The notes below the pieces were generated by a model. The model made no database searches and had not been told where the DNA came from. It saw only the letters and a list, made by a program, of their open reading frames with translations. A DNA stretch of 25,525 nt from a virus (Duplodnaviria; Caudoviricetes): IMG/VR virus record IMGVR_UViG_3300037631_001372, positions 1 through 25,525 of that record, one strand, 5' to 3'. Both the position numbers and the translations under genes were made by a program. Shown here one piece after another: positions 8,331-15,937 of this stretch (position 1 is its first letter; every line of letters starts with the position of its first letter).

Positions 8331-8690
8331 ATGAATTTCGAAACAAAACTATCAGGAAACAACGTAACAGTTTATAACGTCAGCAAAAGAAACCACGATG
8401 TAGAGCCTAGCTTTATAGTAGACTGGTCTTTCGTTACAGAAATGAGACAGTGGGGTGTAAAATCTATGTATTTATATGTAAATAAGGTTTGTGGTCAAAT
8501 AGATGTTAATTACTGGGATGATGAAAATTCAATGCCTATACCAATATTAATAGATAGCAGTATGGATGAGCATGATGGTTCTAAGTGGGCAATAGAGTTA
8601 GAGAAATCTAATTTAAACTTTGGAGATTGCGTACAACCTAAAGATATAGAGGTAGATTTTGAAACTAAAATTATAACAGTAAACTTTTAA
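8331..8690 (+). CDS. Hypothetical protein, first early gene
   Basis: ATG 8331 follows AATAAAAACT and gives 119 aa (MNFETKLSG...ITVNF). The upstream starts in the ORF track lie inside the promoter. Confidence 0.75.
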   Translation: MNFETKLSGNNVTVYNVSKRNHDVEPSFIVDWSFVTEMRQWGVKSMYLYVNKVCGQIDVNYWDDENSMPIPILIDSSMDEHDGSKWAIELEKSNLNFGDCVQPKDIEVDFETKIITVNF

Positions 8691-8693
8691 GAT

Positions 8694-8996
8694 ATGAATT
8701 ACGATAACTATAAGTTAAGCAACCCCATAGATGATGGTTATAACAATGGATTAGTAACATCTTGTTGTGGTGTTGAAGAAGAGAGTAGCGAAGCAAGTAA
8801 TTGTTGTAATAGTAAATTTTGGGCAAACACTGATATTTGTGGCGAATGTAAAGAACACGCAGATGAATATATGATTTGTACAGAATGTGGCGATGATGAA
8901 GATTGTTACACTATGATAGAAGAATACGAATACGAACAAAACATGAAAGACCATTATGATGAGATGAAATCTGATGGAGATAGAGATGAACGTTAA
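8694..8996 (+). CDS. Acidic Cys-rich (putative Zn-binding) protein
   Basis: 100 aa with SCCG, SNCC, CGEC and CTEC motifs; about 28 Asp/Glu versus about 7 Lys/Arg. Confidence 0.75.
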   Translation: MNYDNYKLSNPIDDGYNNGLVTSCCGVEEESSEASNCCNSKFWANTDICGECKEHADEYMICTECGDDEDCYTMIEEYEYEQNMKDHYDEMKSDGDRDER

Positions 8997-9013
8997 TTAT
9001 TAAAAAAAAAATT

Positions 9014-9187
9014 ATGTCAAAAATTAAAAACATTGTAGATTTACAGCACCAACATGAAGATGAGGTTGCTAAGTATTACTCACACCTTTATAAGGTTGCA
9101 GAGTATATGGGTGTAGAGAAAATATGCCTAACATTAATTAAAACAAATACTAATTTTAATCCTAAGAAAAATGACAAAAGAAACTAA
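9014..9187 (+). CDS. Small hypothetical protein (57 aa, not in ORF track)
   Basis: MSKIKNIVDLQHQHEDEVAKYYSHLYKVAEYMGVEKICLTLIKTNTNFNPKKNDKRN. Poly-A leader; fills the gap and overlaps the next start. Confidence 0.65.
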   Translation: MSKIKNIVDLQHQHEDEVAKYYSHLYKVAEYMGVEKICLTLIKTNTNFNPKKNDKRN

Positions 9188-9563
9188 GAATGAAACTTTA
9201 AAAAGATTGTTTATAGAAAACAATTTAGTAAAAGAAGATGTGTTTAAACACGCACACTATACTATAATTACAAGAGCAGGTATAGATAAAATTATGGCAG
9301 CTAATGATATAGAAATACAATATGATATTGTAAATCTTTCAGATGACCATTCACATTGTCTTGTAAAGGCTTTAGGTAAAAGAGGTGAGAAGATTATACA
9401 AACTTATGGAGAATGTTCACCAAAGAACAATAAAAATGCTTACCCTGTAGCTATGGCAGAGAAAAGAGCAAAGTCAAGAATTGTACTTATGTTAGCAGGT
9501 TTTTATGAACTAGGAATATATGGACAAGATGAATCTGATAGTTTTTCTCAAGAAGACAAATAA
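9171..9563 (+). CDS. Putative ssDNA-annealing protein (Rad52/Sak/ERF-like)
   Basis: 130 aa. C-terminal YPVAMAEKRAKSR.VL..AG....G.Y..DE.D.F resembles the conserved helix of Rad52-superfamily annealing proteins. Early-gene context. Confidence 0.45.
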   Translation: MTKETKNETLKRLFIENNLVKEDVFKHAHYTIITRAGIDKIMAANDIEIQYDIVNLSDDHSHCLVKALGKRGEKIIQTYGECSPKNNKNAYPVAMAEKRAKSRIVLMLAGFYELGIYGQDESDSFSQEDK

Positions 9564-9802
9564 TGACACAGCACGATTGGATAGATGATATACTAGAAGA
9601 CGAACCATGTTCCCTATGGCAAATAGGTAAGATAGAAAGTCTTTTAGTTACATCTAGTGCTAATATATTTTATGAACATATAAATTTTAACGAACTAACT
9701 TATTATGACGCAGAAGAAATCATTAGACATCTCTATGAGAACGATTGCCCTAAAGACCCTAGAGACCAATTTAAGCAGATGCAGAGAAGAGGGATATTTT
9801 AA
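9563..9802 (+). CDS. Hypothetical protein
   Basis: 79 aa, acidic; TAATG stop/start overlap with the upstream gene. Confidence 0.7.
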   Translation: MTQHDWIDDILEDEPCSLWQIGKIESLLVTSSANIFYEHINFNELTYYDAEEIIRHLYENDCPKDPRDQFKQMQRRGIF

Positions 9803-10247
9803 TAACTGGCAGAGAATAAGAGAAGTCGTTAGAATAAGTAAAAACAGTATACCAACAATAATACCTATAGGTATAAATAATCATATTCCTATAGATTATT
9901 TTATTGATTTTTTTAAATCTGTACCTTTAGAATTATGGTGTGATAACCCTGTATTTTATTATAACATAGATAAGTTATGTTGGGATGCGTTAGGTTTTTT
10001 AGGTGAAAAAATACACAGGTCAAACGTAAGGACAAAGTATTTACAACTGTGTTTTGATAAAGTTGGTTTAGATATAAATGACACATTAAACAATGAAGAA
10101 CCAATGTTTTTAAAGCATAAAAATAACAAGACAAGATTTATAGCTGCTCTAAAATATTTAAAAGATAATTTAAGCAAAAATGAATTAATACAATTATTAA
10201 GTAAAGCAAAAAAATTAAGCGATGAACGATATGTTACAAATAGCTGA
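9705..10247 (+). CDS. Hypothetical protein (start uncertain)
   Basis: Open frame filling 9803-10221. The only early in-frame ATGs (9705, 9736) lie inside the upstream gene. Confidence 0.6.
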   Translation: MTQKKSLDISMRTIALKTLETNLSRCREEGYFNNWQRIREVVRISKNSIPTIIPIGINNHIPIDYFIDFFKSVPLELWCDNPVFYYNIDKLCWDALGFLGEKIHRSNVRTKYLQLCFDKVGLDINDTLNNEEPMFLKHKNNKTRFIAALKYLKDNLSKNELIQLLSKAKKLSDERYVTNS

Positions 10248-10641
10248 ATATAAAGATTTAAAATTAACTATAGAAGAACAGGTTGTGTGTGGTGCAGTGA
10301 TAATGTGCAGTGGCTTGACATTAGAAGCAATTAGGTCAAAAACAAGAGTGCAAGAATATGTTTTAGCAAGAAGTGTTTTAGGCATAATGTTAAATGAAAT
10401 AGGTTGTAGTTTAACAAGAGCAGGTGAAATTATTAATAGAGACCACGCAACAATACTACATTATAAAAGAAAACACACAGAAAATTTATTATATCAAACA
10501 GGTTATAAAAAGCTATATGAATATTGTAACCTTGAACATTATACTACACATAGAGTAAGAACAGTAAAAGCAATGGAAAAAGAATTATTAATTATGCAAG
10601 ACACAATAGATAAATATAAAAGCACTTTTGTTGAAATGTAA
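10222..10641 (+). CDS. DnaA domain IV (Bac_DnaA_C)-like HTH DNA-binding protein
   Basis: IRSKTRVQEYVLARSV...SLTRAGEIINRDHATILH matches the DnaA C-terminal signature S..R....V.AR...SL..IG....RDH.T..H. No AAA+ domain. Confidence 0.75.
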   Translation: MNDMLQIAEYKDLKLTIEEQVVCGAVIMCSGLTLEAIRSKTRVQEYVLARSVLGIMLNEIGCSLTRAGEIINRDHATILHYKRKHTENLLYQTGYKKLYEYCNLEHYTTHRVRTVKAMEKELLIMQDTIDKYKSTFVEM

Positions 10642-10683
10642 TTAAAAATAAGCAAACTAATTATTAATTAAAATTATTTAAAA

Positions 10684-10950
10684 ATGTCAGAAAAACAGTA
10701 TGTAAATGGAATGATTATTAAGGAGAAATCTTTTGATAATGGTGGTACACAATTAAAACTTAGCATCAAAGTAGATGATTTAGTTGAACAACTAAAAACT
10801 CTAAACACTGATGGTTGGGTTAATTTAATTGTTGCTAGAAGAAAAGAGGCATCAGAAACAGGTGTTACTCACTACTCTTATGTAGACACTTGGAAGCCTA
10901 CTAAGAAAAAAGCTGTAGAAGTGGGGTCAGAAGATGACTTACCATTTTAA
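10684..10950 (+). CDS. Putative single-stranded DNA-binding protein
   Basis: 88 aa, beta-rich, ending in the SSB-type acidic tail EDDLPF. Followed by a terminator. Confidence 0.6.
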   Translation: MSEKQYVNGMIIKEKSFDNGGTQLKLSIKVDDLVEQLKTLNTDGWVNLIVARRKEASETGVTHYSYVDTWKPTKKKAVEVGSEDDLPF

Positions 10951-10958
10951 ATTAACTT

Positions 10959-10992
10959 AAAGGGAGGGTGAATATTTTTTGCTCTCCCTTTT
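10959..10992 (+). terminator. Intrinsic terminator after the SSB-like gene
   Basis: AAAGGGAGGGTG-AATATTTTT-TGCTCTCCCTTT-T: 12-bp stem including G-U pairs. Confidence 0.65.
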
Positions 10993-11008
10993 ATAATCTA
11001 AAACTAAT

Positions 11009-11647
11009 ATGACAAATCAACCTAACTATTACGCAATAATACCAGCTAATATAAGATATAGCGATAAAGTTAATTCTACAGAAAAACTACTATACGCTGA
11101 AATAACTGCCTTATGTAATCAAAAGGGTTACTGTTGGGCAAGTAATGATTACTTTAGTAAGCTGTTTAAAAAACATCCTAATAGCATAAGTAGAAATATA
11201 AAAAACTTATCTATAAATGGTTTTATAAAAATACATTTAGTTAAAGAAAAAAAGAACGTAGATAAAAGAAAGATTACTCTAGTTGATTCACAAAAATGTT
11301 TAGACCCCCTTAACAAAAATGTTAATACCCCCCTTAACAAAAATGTTAAGCATAATACTATAAATAGTAATAATATAAATGAAAAGAAAGAATTGTTTGA
11401 AAAGTTTTGGGAGGCATATAATTACAAGAAAAGCAGAAAGCTGTGTTATGATAAATTTATTAAGTTAGATATTGAAATTTGCAAAAAGTGTGTTACTAAG
11501 GCAAAAGAATATTCTAATTCTATTGTAGATATAAAATACAAAAAACACCCAAGCACTTGGCTTAATCAAGGTTGTTGGGATGATGAAATAATTGATAATA
11601 GTAATCAAGGCTTTACAGGTAATGGCTTTACAAATATGGTATTTTAA
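11009..11647 (+). CDS. Phage replication initiator (HTH_36-type N-terminus)
   Basis: N-terminal YYAIIPA.IRY......EKLLYAEITAL....GYCWASN.YF..L; C-terminal FE.FW.AY..K...K.P.TWLNQ..W.DE. Iterons in the linker; coupled to the helicase by TAATG. Confidence 0.85.
   Translation: MTNQPNYYAIIPANIRYSDKVNSTEKLLYAEITALCNQKGYCWASNDYFSKLFKKHPNSISRNIKNLSINGFIKIHLVKEKKNVDKRKITLVDSQKCLDPLNKNVNTPLNKNVKHNTINSNNINEKKELFEKFWEAYNYKKSRKLCYDKFIKLDIEICKKCVTKAKEYSNSIVDIKYKKHPSTWLNQGCWDDEIIDNSNQGFTGNGFTNMVF
11290..11349 (+). repeat. Iterons (putative replication origin) inside the initiator gene
   Basis: CCCCCTTAACAAAAATGTTAA exactly repeated at 11305-11325 and 11329-11349. The core ACAAAAATGTT also occurs at 11290-11300. 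An AT-rich tract follows. Confidence 0.8.
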
Positions 11648-13344
11648 TGAGTTTTTTAGATTATGGCATTGAAGTAAAAAAGATAAATGGACAAGTTAAA
11701 ACTAAGTGTCCAAAATGCTCACACGAAAGAAAAAAGAAATCAGACCCCTGTTTATCCGTAAACATAGACGAAGGCATATGGAATTGTCATAATTGTGGAT
11801 GGCATGGTGGTTTAAAAATTAATAATAATTTTATGAAAGAAATAGTATATAAAGTTCCAACCAATACTAATGATTCTTATAATTATACAGATAAATTTTT
11901 AAATTGGTTTGCCAGTAGAGGTATCACAAAACAAACACTTATAAGCAACAGGGTCGCTGAAGGTTTAGAATATATGCCACAGGTGAATAAAGAAGTTACA
12001 ACTATACAGTTTAAATACTATAGAGATAGTTCTTTAGTAAATATTAAATACAGAGATGGTGCTAAAAACTTTAAACTAGTAAAAGATGCCGAAAGAATTA
12101 TGTATGGCTTAGATGATTTAATTGGCAAAAAAGAAGCTATAATAGTCGAAGGAGAAATGGATAAATTAGCATTATACGAAGCAGGTTATAAAAACTGCGT
12201 ATCTGTTCCTAATGGTGCTAGTAATTTAAAAATGGATTACCTTAAAGATTTTCCAGAAAATATAGAAAAAATATATATAGCAGTTGATAATGATGAGCCA
12301 GGTTTAAAGCTACAAGAAGAATTGTCAAGAAGACTAGGCAGAGATATTTGTTATAGAGTAAGCTATCCTAACGATTGTAAAGACATTAATGATGTCTTAG
12401 TCAAAAACAACATTGATGTTGTAAAAGAATGTATAGTTAAATCACAGCCATATCCGTTAGAAGGTGTTTTAAGTGTTAAAGAATTTGACATAGATATAGA
12501 CTCTTTGTACGAAACAGGATTACAAAGAGGTAAACTAATTGGTCATAGCAAGTTTGATAAATTATTTAGCTTTGCGTCTTCACAATTAACTGTAGTTACA
12601 GGTATACCAACACATGGTAAAAGTAATTTTTTAGAACACTTGTGTATGAAACTAGCTACACAGCATGATTGGAAGTTTGGCGTGTTTAGTCCTGAACATT
12701 ATCCTATGCAGTTGCACTTTTCTGTTTTAGCTGAAAAGCTGATTGGTAAGTCATTTCGCAAAGAAACTAAATTTAACAGAATGAGTAAACATGAGCTTGG
12801 TACAGCAAAAGACTTTATATCAAGACACTTTTATTGGATAAGACCAGATAGCGATGTTTACACCATAGATGCTATTTTAAACGCAGCTAAAGGATTAATT
12901 AGACGATATGGTATAAACGCCCTAGTTATAGACCCATATAATAAAATAGATGCTAATTTAGGTTCTGATAGCGAAACTAATTTCATTAATAAGTTTCTTA
13001 CTAAGCTAACAATATTTAAACAAAAATATGACATACATATATTTCTTGTAGCACATCCACGCAAAATGGCTAAACAAGATAACAAACTATATGAAGTGCC
13101 AACATTATATGACATTGCAGGTAGTGCTAATTTTTACAATCAAGTAGATAATGGTTTATCAATATATAGAAATTTTGAAAACAGTACAACAAAAGTTTTT
13201 GTACAAAAAGTTAAGTTTAGACACATAGGTCAATTAGGAGAAGCAGAGTTTAAATATAACATACAGAATGGTAGGTACATTGAGATTGGTGAACATGAAA
13301 ATAATAATTCATATTTAAAATTAGAGCAACAATCGCTTATATAA
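11647..13344 (+). CDS. Bifunctional primase-helicase (T7 gp4/Twinkle-like)
   Basis: Zn finger CPKC...CHNC; TOPRIM motifs VEGEMD, DNDEPG and KDIND; SF4 helicase Walker A GIPTHGKS, Walker B LVIDPYN, plus VAHPRK and DIAGSA. Confidence 0.92.
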   Translation: MSFLDYGIEVKKINGQVKTKCPKCSHERKKKSDPCLSVNIDEGIWNCHNCGWHGGLKINNNFMKEIVYKVPTNTNDSYNYTDKFLNWFASRGITKQTLISNRVAEGLEYMPQVNKEVTTIQFKYYRDSSLVNIKYRDGAKNFKLVKDAERIMYGLDDLIGKKEAIIVEGEMDKLALYEAGYKNCVSVPNGASNLKMDYLKDFPENIEKIYIAVDNDEPGLKLQEELSRRLGRDICYRVSYPNDCKDINDVLVKNNIDVVKECIVKSQPYPLEGVLSVKEFDIDIDSLYETGLQRGKLIGHSKFDKLFSFASSQLTVVTGIPTHGKSNFLEHLCMKLATQHDWKFGVFSPEHYPMQLHFSVLAEKLIGKSFRKETKFNRMSKHELGTAKDFISRHFYWIRPDSDVYTIDAILNAAKGLIRRYGINALVIDPYNKIDANLGSDSETNFINKFLTKLTIFKQKYDIHIFLVAHPRKMAKQDNKLYEVPTLYDIAGSANFYNQVDNGLSIYRNFENSTTKVFVQKVKFRHIGQLGEAEFKYNIQNGRYIEIGEHENNNSYLKLEQQSLI

Positions 13345-13379
13345 TTTGTTTTTATGAAAAACTTTTTGTTACATTGTAT
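13343..13379 (+). promoter_or_regulatory. Putative promoter, AATTTGTTT-N16-GTTACATTGTAT (copy 2)
   Basis: Same two boxes and 16-nt spacer as 8274-8310. Occupies the whole gap between the helicase and the next gene. Confidence 0.7.
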
Positions 13380-13562
13380 ATGATTTATATTCCAATAATA
13401 GCTATAGCTACCTCAATGTTGGCAGGTTTATTAATAGGTTCTGCAATAGTTTTATATAGAACTAGAAAAGAAATTGAAATACTTGAAAAAGAATTAAATT
13501 ATTTTAGAACTGAATATTTTAATTTTTTAAAACAATTTCAAGATAAATATCCAGATAGATAA
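13380..13562 (+). CDS. Small single-pass membrane protein
   Basis: ATG 13380. Hydrophobic IYIPIIAIATSMLAGLLIGSAIVLY followed by a charged coiled-coil-like tail. Confidence 0.65.
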   Translation: MIYIPIIAIATSMLAGLLIGSAIVLYRTRKEIEILEKELNYFRTEYFNFLKQFQDKYPDR

Positions 13563-13565
13563 TTT

Positions 13566-13811
13566 ATGCCAAAACCAATATACAGAGTATTAGTAAAGTT
13601 CGAGTATAGAAACTCGAAAACTAGCAGTTACATAAAAGCTAAAATAAAAACTGGTTATATTGATACCTTTGCTTTGTCAGAAAATAAAGAAGAAATACTT
13701 GAACATATTAAGCAAAAAGTTTTAAAGCAAATTGGCAAGAAAGAAAATGAAGTTGATATTAAAATTAAAGATTACATTATAGAAGGTCAATATGGATTTA
13801 CAAACTACTAA
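13566..13811 (+). CDS. Hypothetical protein
   Basis: 81-aa basic ORF packed tightly in the operon. Confidence 0.7.
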   Translation: MPKPIYRVLVKFEYRNSKTSSYIKAKIKTGYIDTFALSENKEEILEHIKQKVLKQIGKKENEVDIKIKDYIIEGQYGFTNY

Positions 13812-13828
13812 ACATAACAAACATTATA

Positions 13829-14329
13829 ATGGCAAGTAGTAATATTAATATGTTAAAGATAACTGGAAACAATTTACATTCTGATGAATGTTACACTCCT
13901 ATTGAGGCTGTTTTACCTTTGTTACCATATTTAGATAAGACTTTGACCTATTATGACTGCACAAGTAATATTAGCTCTAATATTGTTGATTTTTTAATTA
14001 GTAATGGATTTTATTGTATCGCTAGTAAAGGAAAAGATTTTTTACTAGATGATATACCAAGTGAAGTTGATGTTGTTTTAACTAATCCACCATACTCAAA
14101 AAAAGATAACTTTATTCAAAGATGCTATGACATAAACAAACCTTTTGCATTACTATTACCAGTCTCTTCAATACAAGGGAAAAAGAGGGGTGAGTTATTT
14201 GATATGTATGGAATAGAGTTATTAGTATTAAACAAAAGAATTGACTTTACTGGTAAGGGCTCTCCCCATTTTGGAGTGGCTTGGTTTTGTAATAATTTAT
14301 TACCAAAAAAATTAATATTTGTCAAATGA
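13829..14329 (+). CDS. Putative DNA N6-adenine methyltransferase (short phage type)
   Basis: DECYTP near the N-terminus, DFL, catalytic motif IV VLTNPPYS, then KPFALLLP and KRIDF. Confidence 0.75.
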   Translation: MASSNINMLKITGNNLHSDECYTPIEAVLPLLPYLDKTLTYYDCTSNISSNIVDFLISNGFYCIASKGKDFLLDDIPSEVDVVLTNPPYSKKDNFIQRCYDINKPFALLLPVSSIQGKKRGELFDMYGIELLVLNKRIDFTGKGSPHFGVAWFCNNLLPKKLIFVK

Positions 14330-14730
14330 AAAAAAGTAAATACTACTACGACTACACAAGGAATAGAGACGATAAACTAAAAATTATACATGATATGATA
14401 AACCCAAAGATGAAAATGTCAAAAGAGGAGCTAGGATTGGTTTCCAAAGACAGAAAAGAAAAGCCTGTATATACAGGCGTACTCAAATACTTTCCAGACG
14501 CAATACTTGAAGTTGCTAGATGCAGCTTTGTAGGTCAAGAACAACACAATCCTGATAAACCTTTGCACTGGGATAGAAGTAAAAGTGGTGATGAGCTAGA
14601 TGCCTTGTCAAGACACTTATTAGATGCAGGTACAATAGACACAGATGGTGTAAGACATTCTGCAAAAGTAGCATGGAGAGCTTTAGCTAATTTACAAAAA
14701 GAAATAGAAAATGAAAAAGAGAACAAGTAA
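14326..14730 (+). CDS. DUF5664-like dATP/dGTP diphosphohydrolase domain protein
   Basis: FPDAILEVA..S..G..QH......W.......LDAL.RHL......D.DG..H.A.VAW.ALA.L pattern. Confidence 0.7.
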   Translation: MKKSKYYYDYTRNRDDKLKIIHDMINPKMKMSKEELGLVSKDRKEKPVYTGVLKYFPDAILEVARCSFVGQEQHNPDKPLHWDRSKSGDELDALSRHLLDAGTIDTDGVRHSAKVAWRALANLQKEIENEKENK

Positions 14731-14905
14731 TTTACTAGAAAAGGCACACTCATTGGTTGTCTCTGTAACAGGAACAGATATTTCTAAAACAAAAAGACAA
14801 GAGGTAATGAAAGATGTCAGAGCTATATATCGCAAAATAAAAGATATAGAGCCAAAGATTTATGAGACATTAAATAATGATGATAATCATAAAACTACAA
14901 GATAA
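14711..14905 (+). CDS. Hypothetical protein
   Basis: 64-aa ORF overlapping both neighbours. Confidence 0.6.
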   Translation: MKKRTSNLLEKAHSLVVSVTGTDISKTKRQEVMKDVRAIYRKIKDIEPKIYETLNNDDNHKTTR

Positions 14906-14991
14906 TGATTAGATTTATACTTAAATTGCTTGGTGTAAAATTCAACAATTTAGAAAAAAACATAGAAGAATATGAAAAGAAACAAAAATGA
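14905..14991 (+). CDS. Very small hypothetical protein (28 aa, not in ORF track)
   Basis: TAATG coupling; MIRFILKLLGVKFNNLEKNIEEYEKKQK fills the gap. Confidence 0.5.
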   Translation: MIRFILKLLGVKFNNLEKNIEEYEKKQK

Positions 14992-15181
14992 ATCTTTTGA
15001 AGATTACAAGGAAAGAAGAAGACAGGCTAATAAAGAATTGAAACAAAAACGTAAAGGCTTAAATGTTTTTCCTGGTGATTGGGGGACTTATCGTAAAGAT
15101 ATAGATGGCGAGGTAGAATCTAGGATGAAACATATACTAGATAAAATAAAAGATAAGTACAAAAATGAAAAAGGAGAGTAA
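14972..15181 (+). CDS. Basic hypothetical protein
   Basis: 69 aa, Lys/Arg-rich, MKR...ESFEDYK.RR start. Confidence 0.65.
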   Translation: MKRNKNESFEDYKERRRQANKELKQKRKGLNVFPGDWGTYRKDIDGEVESRMKHILDKIKDKYKNEKGE

Positions 15182-15332
15182 CATAAAGGAATGTCCACAA
15201 TGTGAAAAGCCTTTAAAGGGTTGTGCCTGTAGTCATAGAAAAGCTAGTGATGGTAAGCTAGTGCATGAAAAGTGTTTACAGAAGTATAATTATATTTTAA
15301 AAATTAATAAAGATTTAGAAAATGGCAAATGA
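15165..15332 (+). CDS. Small Zn-finger-like protein (55 aa, not in ORF track)
   Basis: MKKESNIKECPQCEKPLKGCACSHRKASDGKLVHEKCLQKY..., with CxxC, CxC and HxxC motifs. Fills the 15182-15321 gap. Confidence 0.7.
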   Translation: MKKESNIKECPQCEKPLKGCACSHRKASDGKLVHEKCLQKYNYILKINKDLENGK

Positions 15333-15564
15333 AATTATAAATGATGGCAAGTATAGGGTTATGGTAGACTTAAATGTTGTTGGTAACGCTAATGGTCAGC
15401 TATATGTAAGAAATGATTTAAAAGATACTATAGATGAAATAGAATCAGAAAGCAACGTAAGAGTAGTTGGAATCGTTTATGATGGCACATACAATCTTGA
15501 AATATTAACGCAACCTATACAAGACTTAGATAAAATAGTAGAAGAGGTTACTAAAAATGATTAA
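15322..15564 (+). CDS. Hypothetical protein
   Basis: 80-aa acidic ORF overlapping both neighbours. Confidence 0.65.
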   Translation: MANEIINDGKYRVMVDLNVVGNANGQLYVRNDLKDTIDEIESESNVRVVGIVYDGTYNLEILTQPIQDLDKIVEEVTKND

Positions 15565-15937
15565 GTACCCTTATCCAGGAATGGCAAAGCCTAGAATGAC
15601 TAGAGCTGATTCTTGGAAGAAAAGACCAATAGTATTAAAGTATTGGGAATATAAAGACCATATAAAAGATTGGGCTTGGGATAATAACTTTAAGTTAGGT
15701 AACGAAATATATTGCGTGTTTCACATCCCAATGCCTAAGTCTTGGAGCAACGCTAAGAAAGCACAAATGGTTTTTTCTGACCACCAACAGCGACCAGACA
15801 TAGATAATCTCTTAAAAGGTCTTATGGATGCCTTATTAGAGGAGGATTCACATATACACACAGTATACGCTAGAAAAATTTGGAGTAATGAAGGTTGTAT
15901 AGAGTTTTATAAGCTAACTAACCTTCTTCTTTCTTAA
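15557..15937 (+). CDS. rusA: RusA-family Holliday junction resolvase
   Basis: KPRMT..D.WK.RP, F..PMPKSWS..KK, and catalytic region HQQRPDIDNLLKGLMDAL..EDS.I......KIW. Confidence 0.88.
   Translation: MIKYPYPGMAKPRMTRADSWKKRPIVLKYWEYKDHIKDWAWDNNFKLGNEIYCVFHIPMPKSWSNAKKAQMVFSDHQQRPDIDNLLKGLMDALLEEDSHIHTVYARKIWSNEGCIEFYKLTNLLLS

Noticed and set aside
10222-10641. Calling this gene dnaA, or a chromosomal oriC nearby
   Set aside because: Only domain IV is present, with no AAA+ domain. I saw no consensus TTATCCACA boxes.
11290-11349. CRISPR-like array
   Set aside because: Only 2-3 near-adjacent repeats with 3-nt gaps inside a coding region; no spacers and no cas genes.
8751-14753. Short minus-strand ORFs in the early block and alternative-frame ORF 12858-13115
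   Set aside because: Shadows of supported genes, with no recognisable features.
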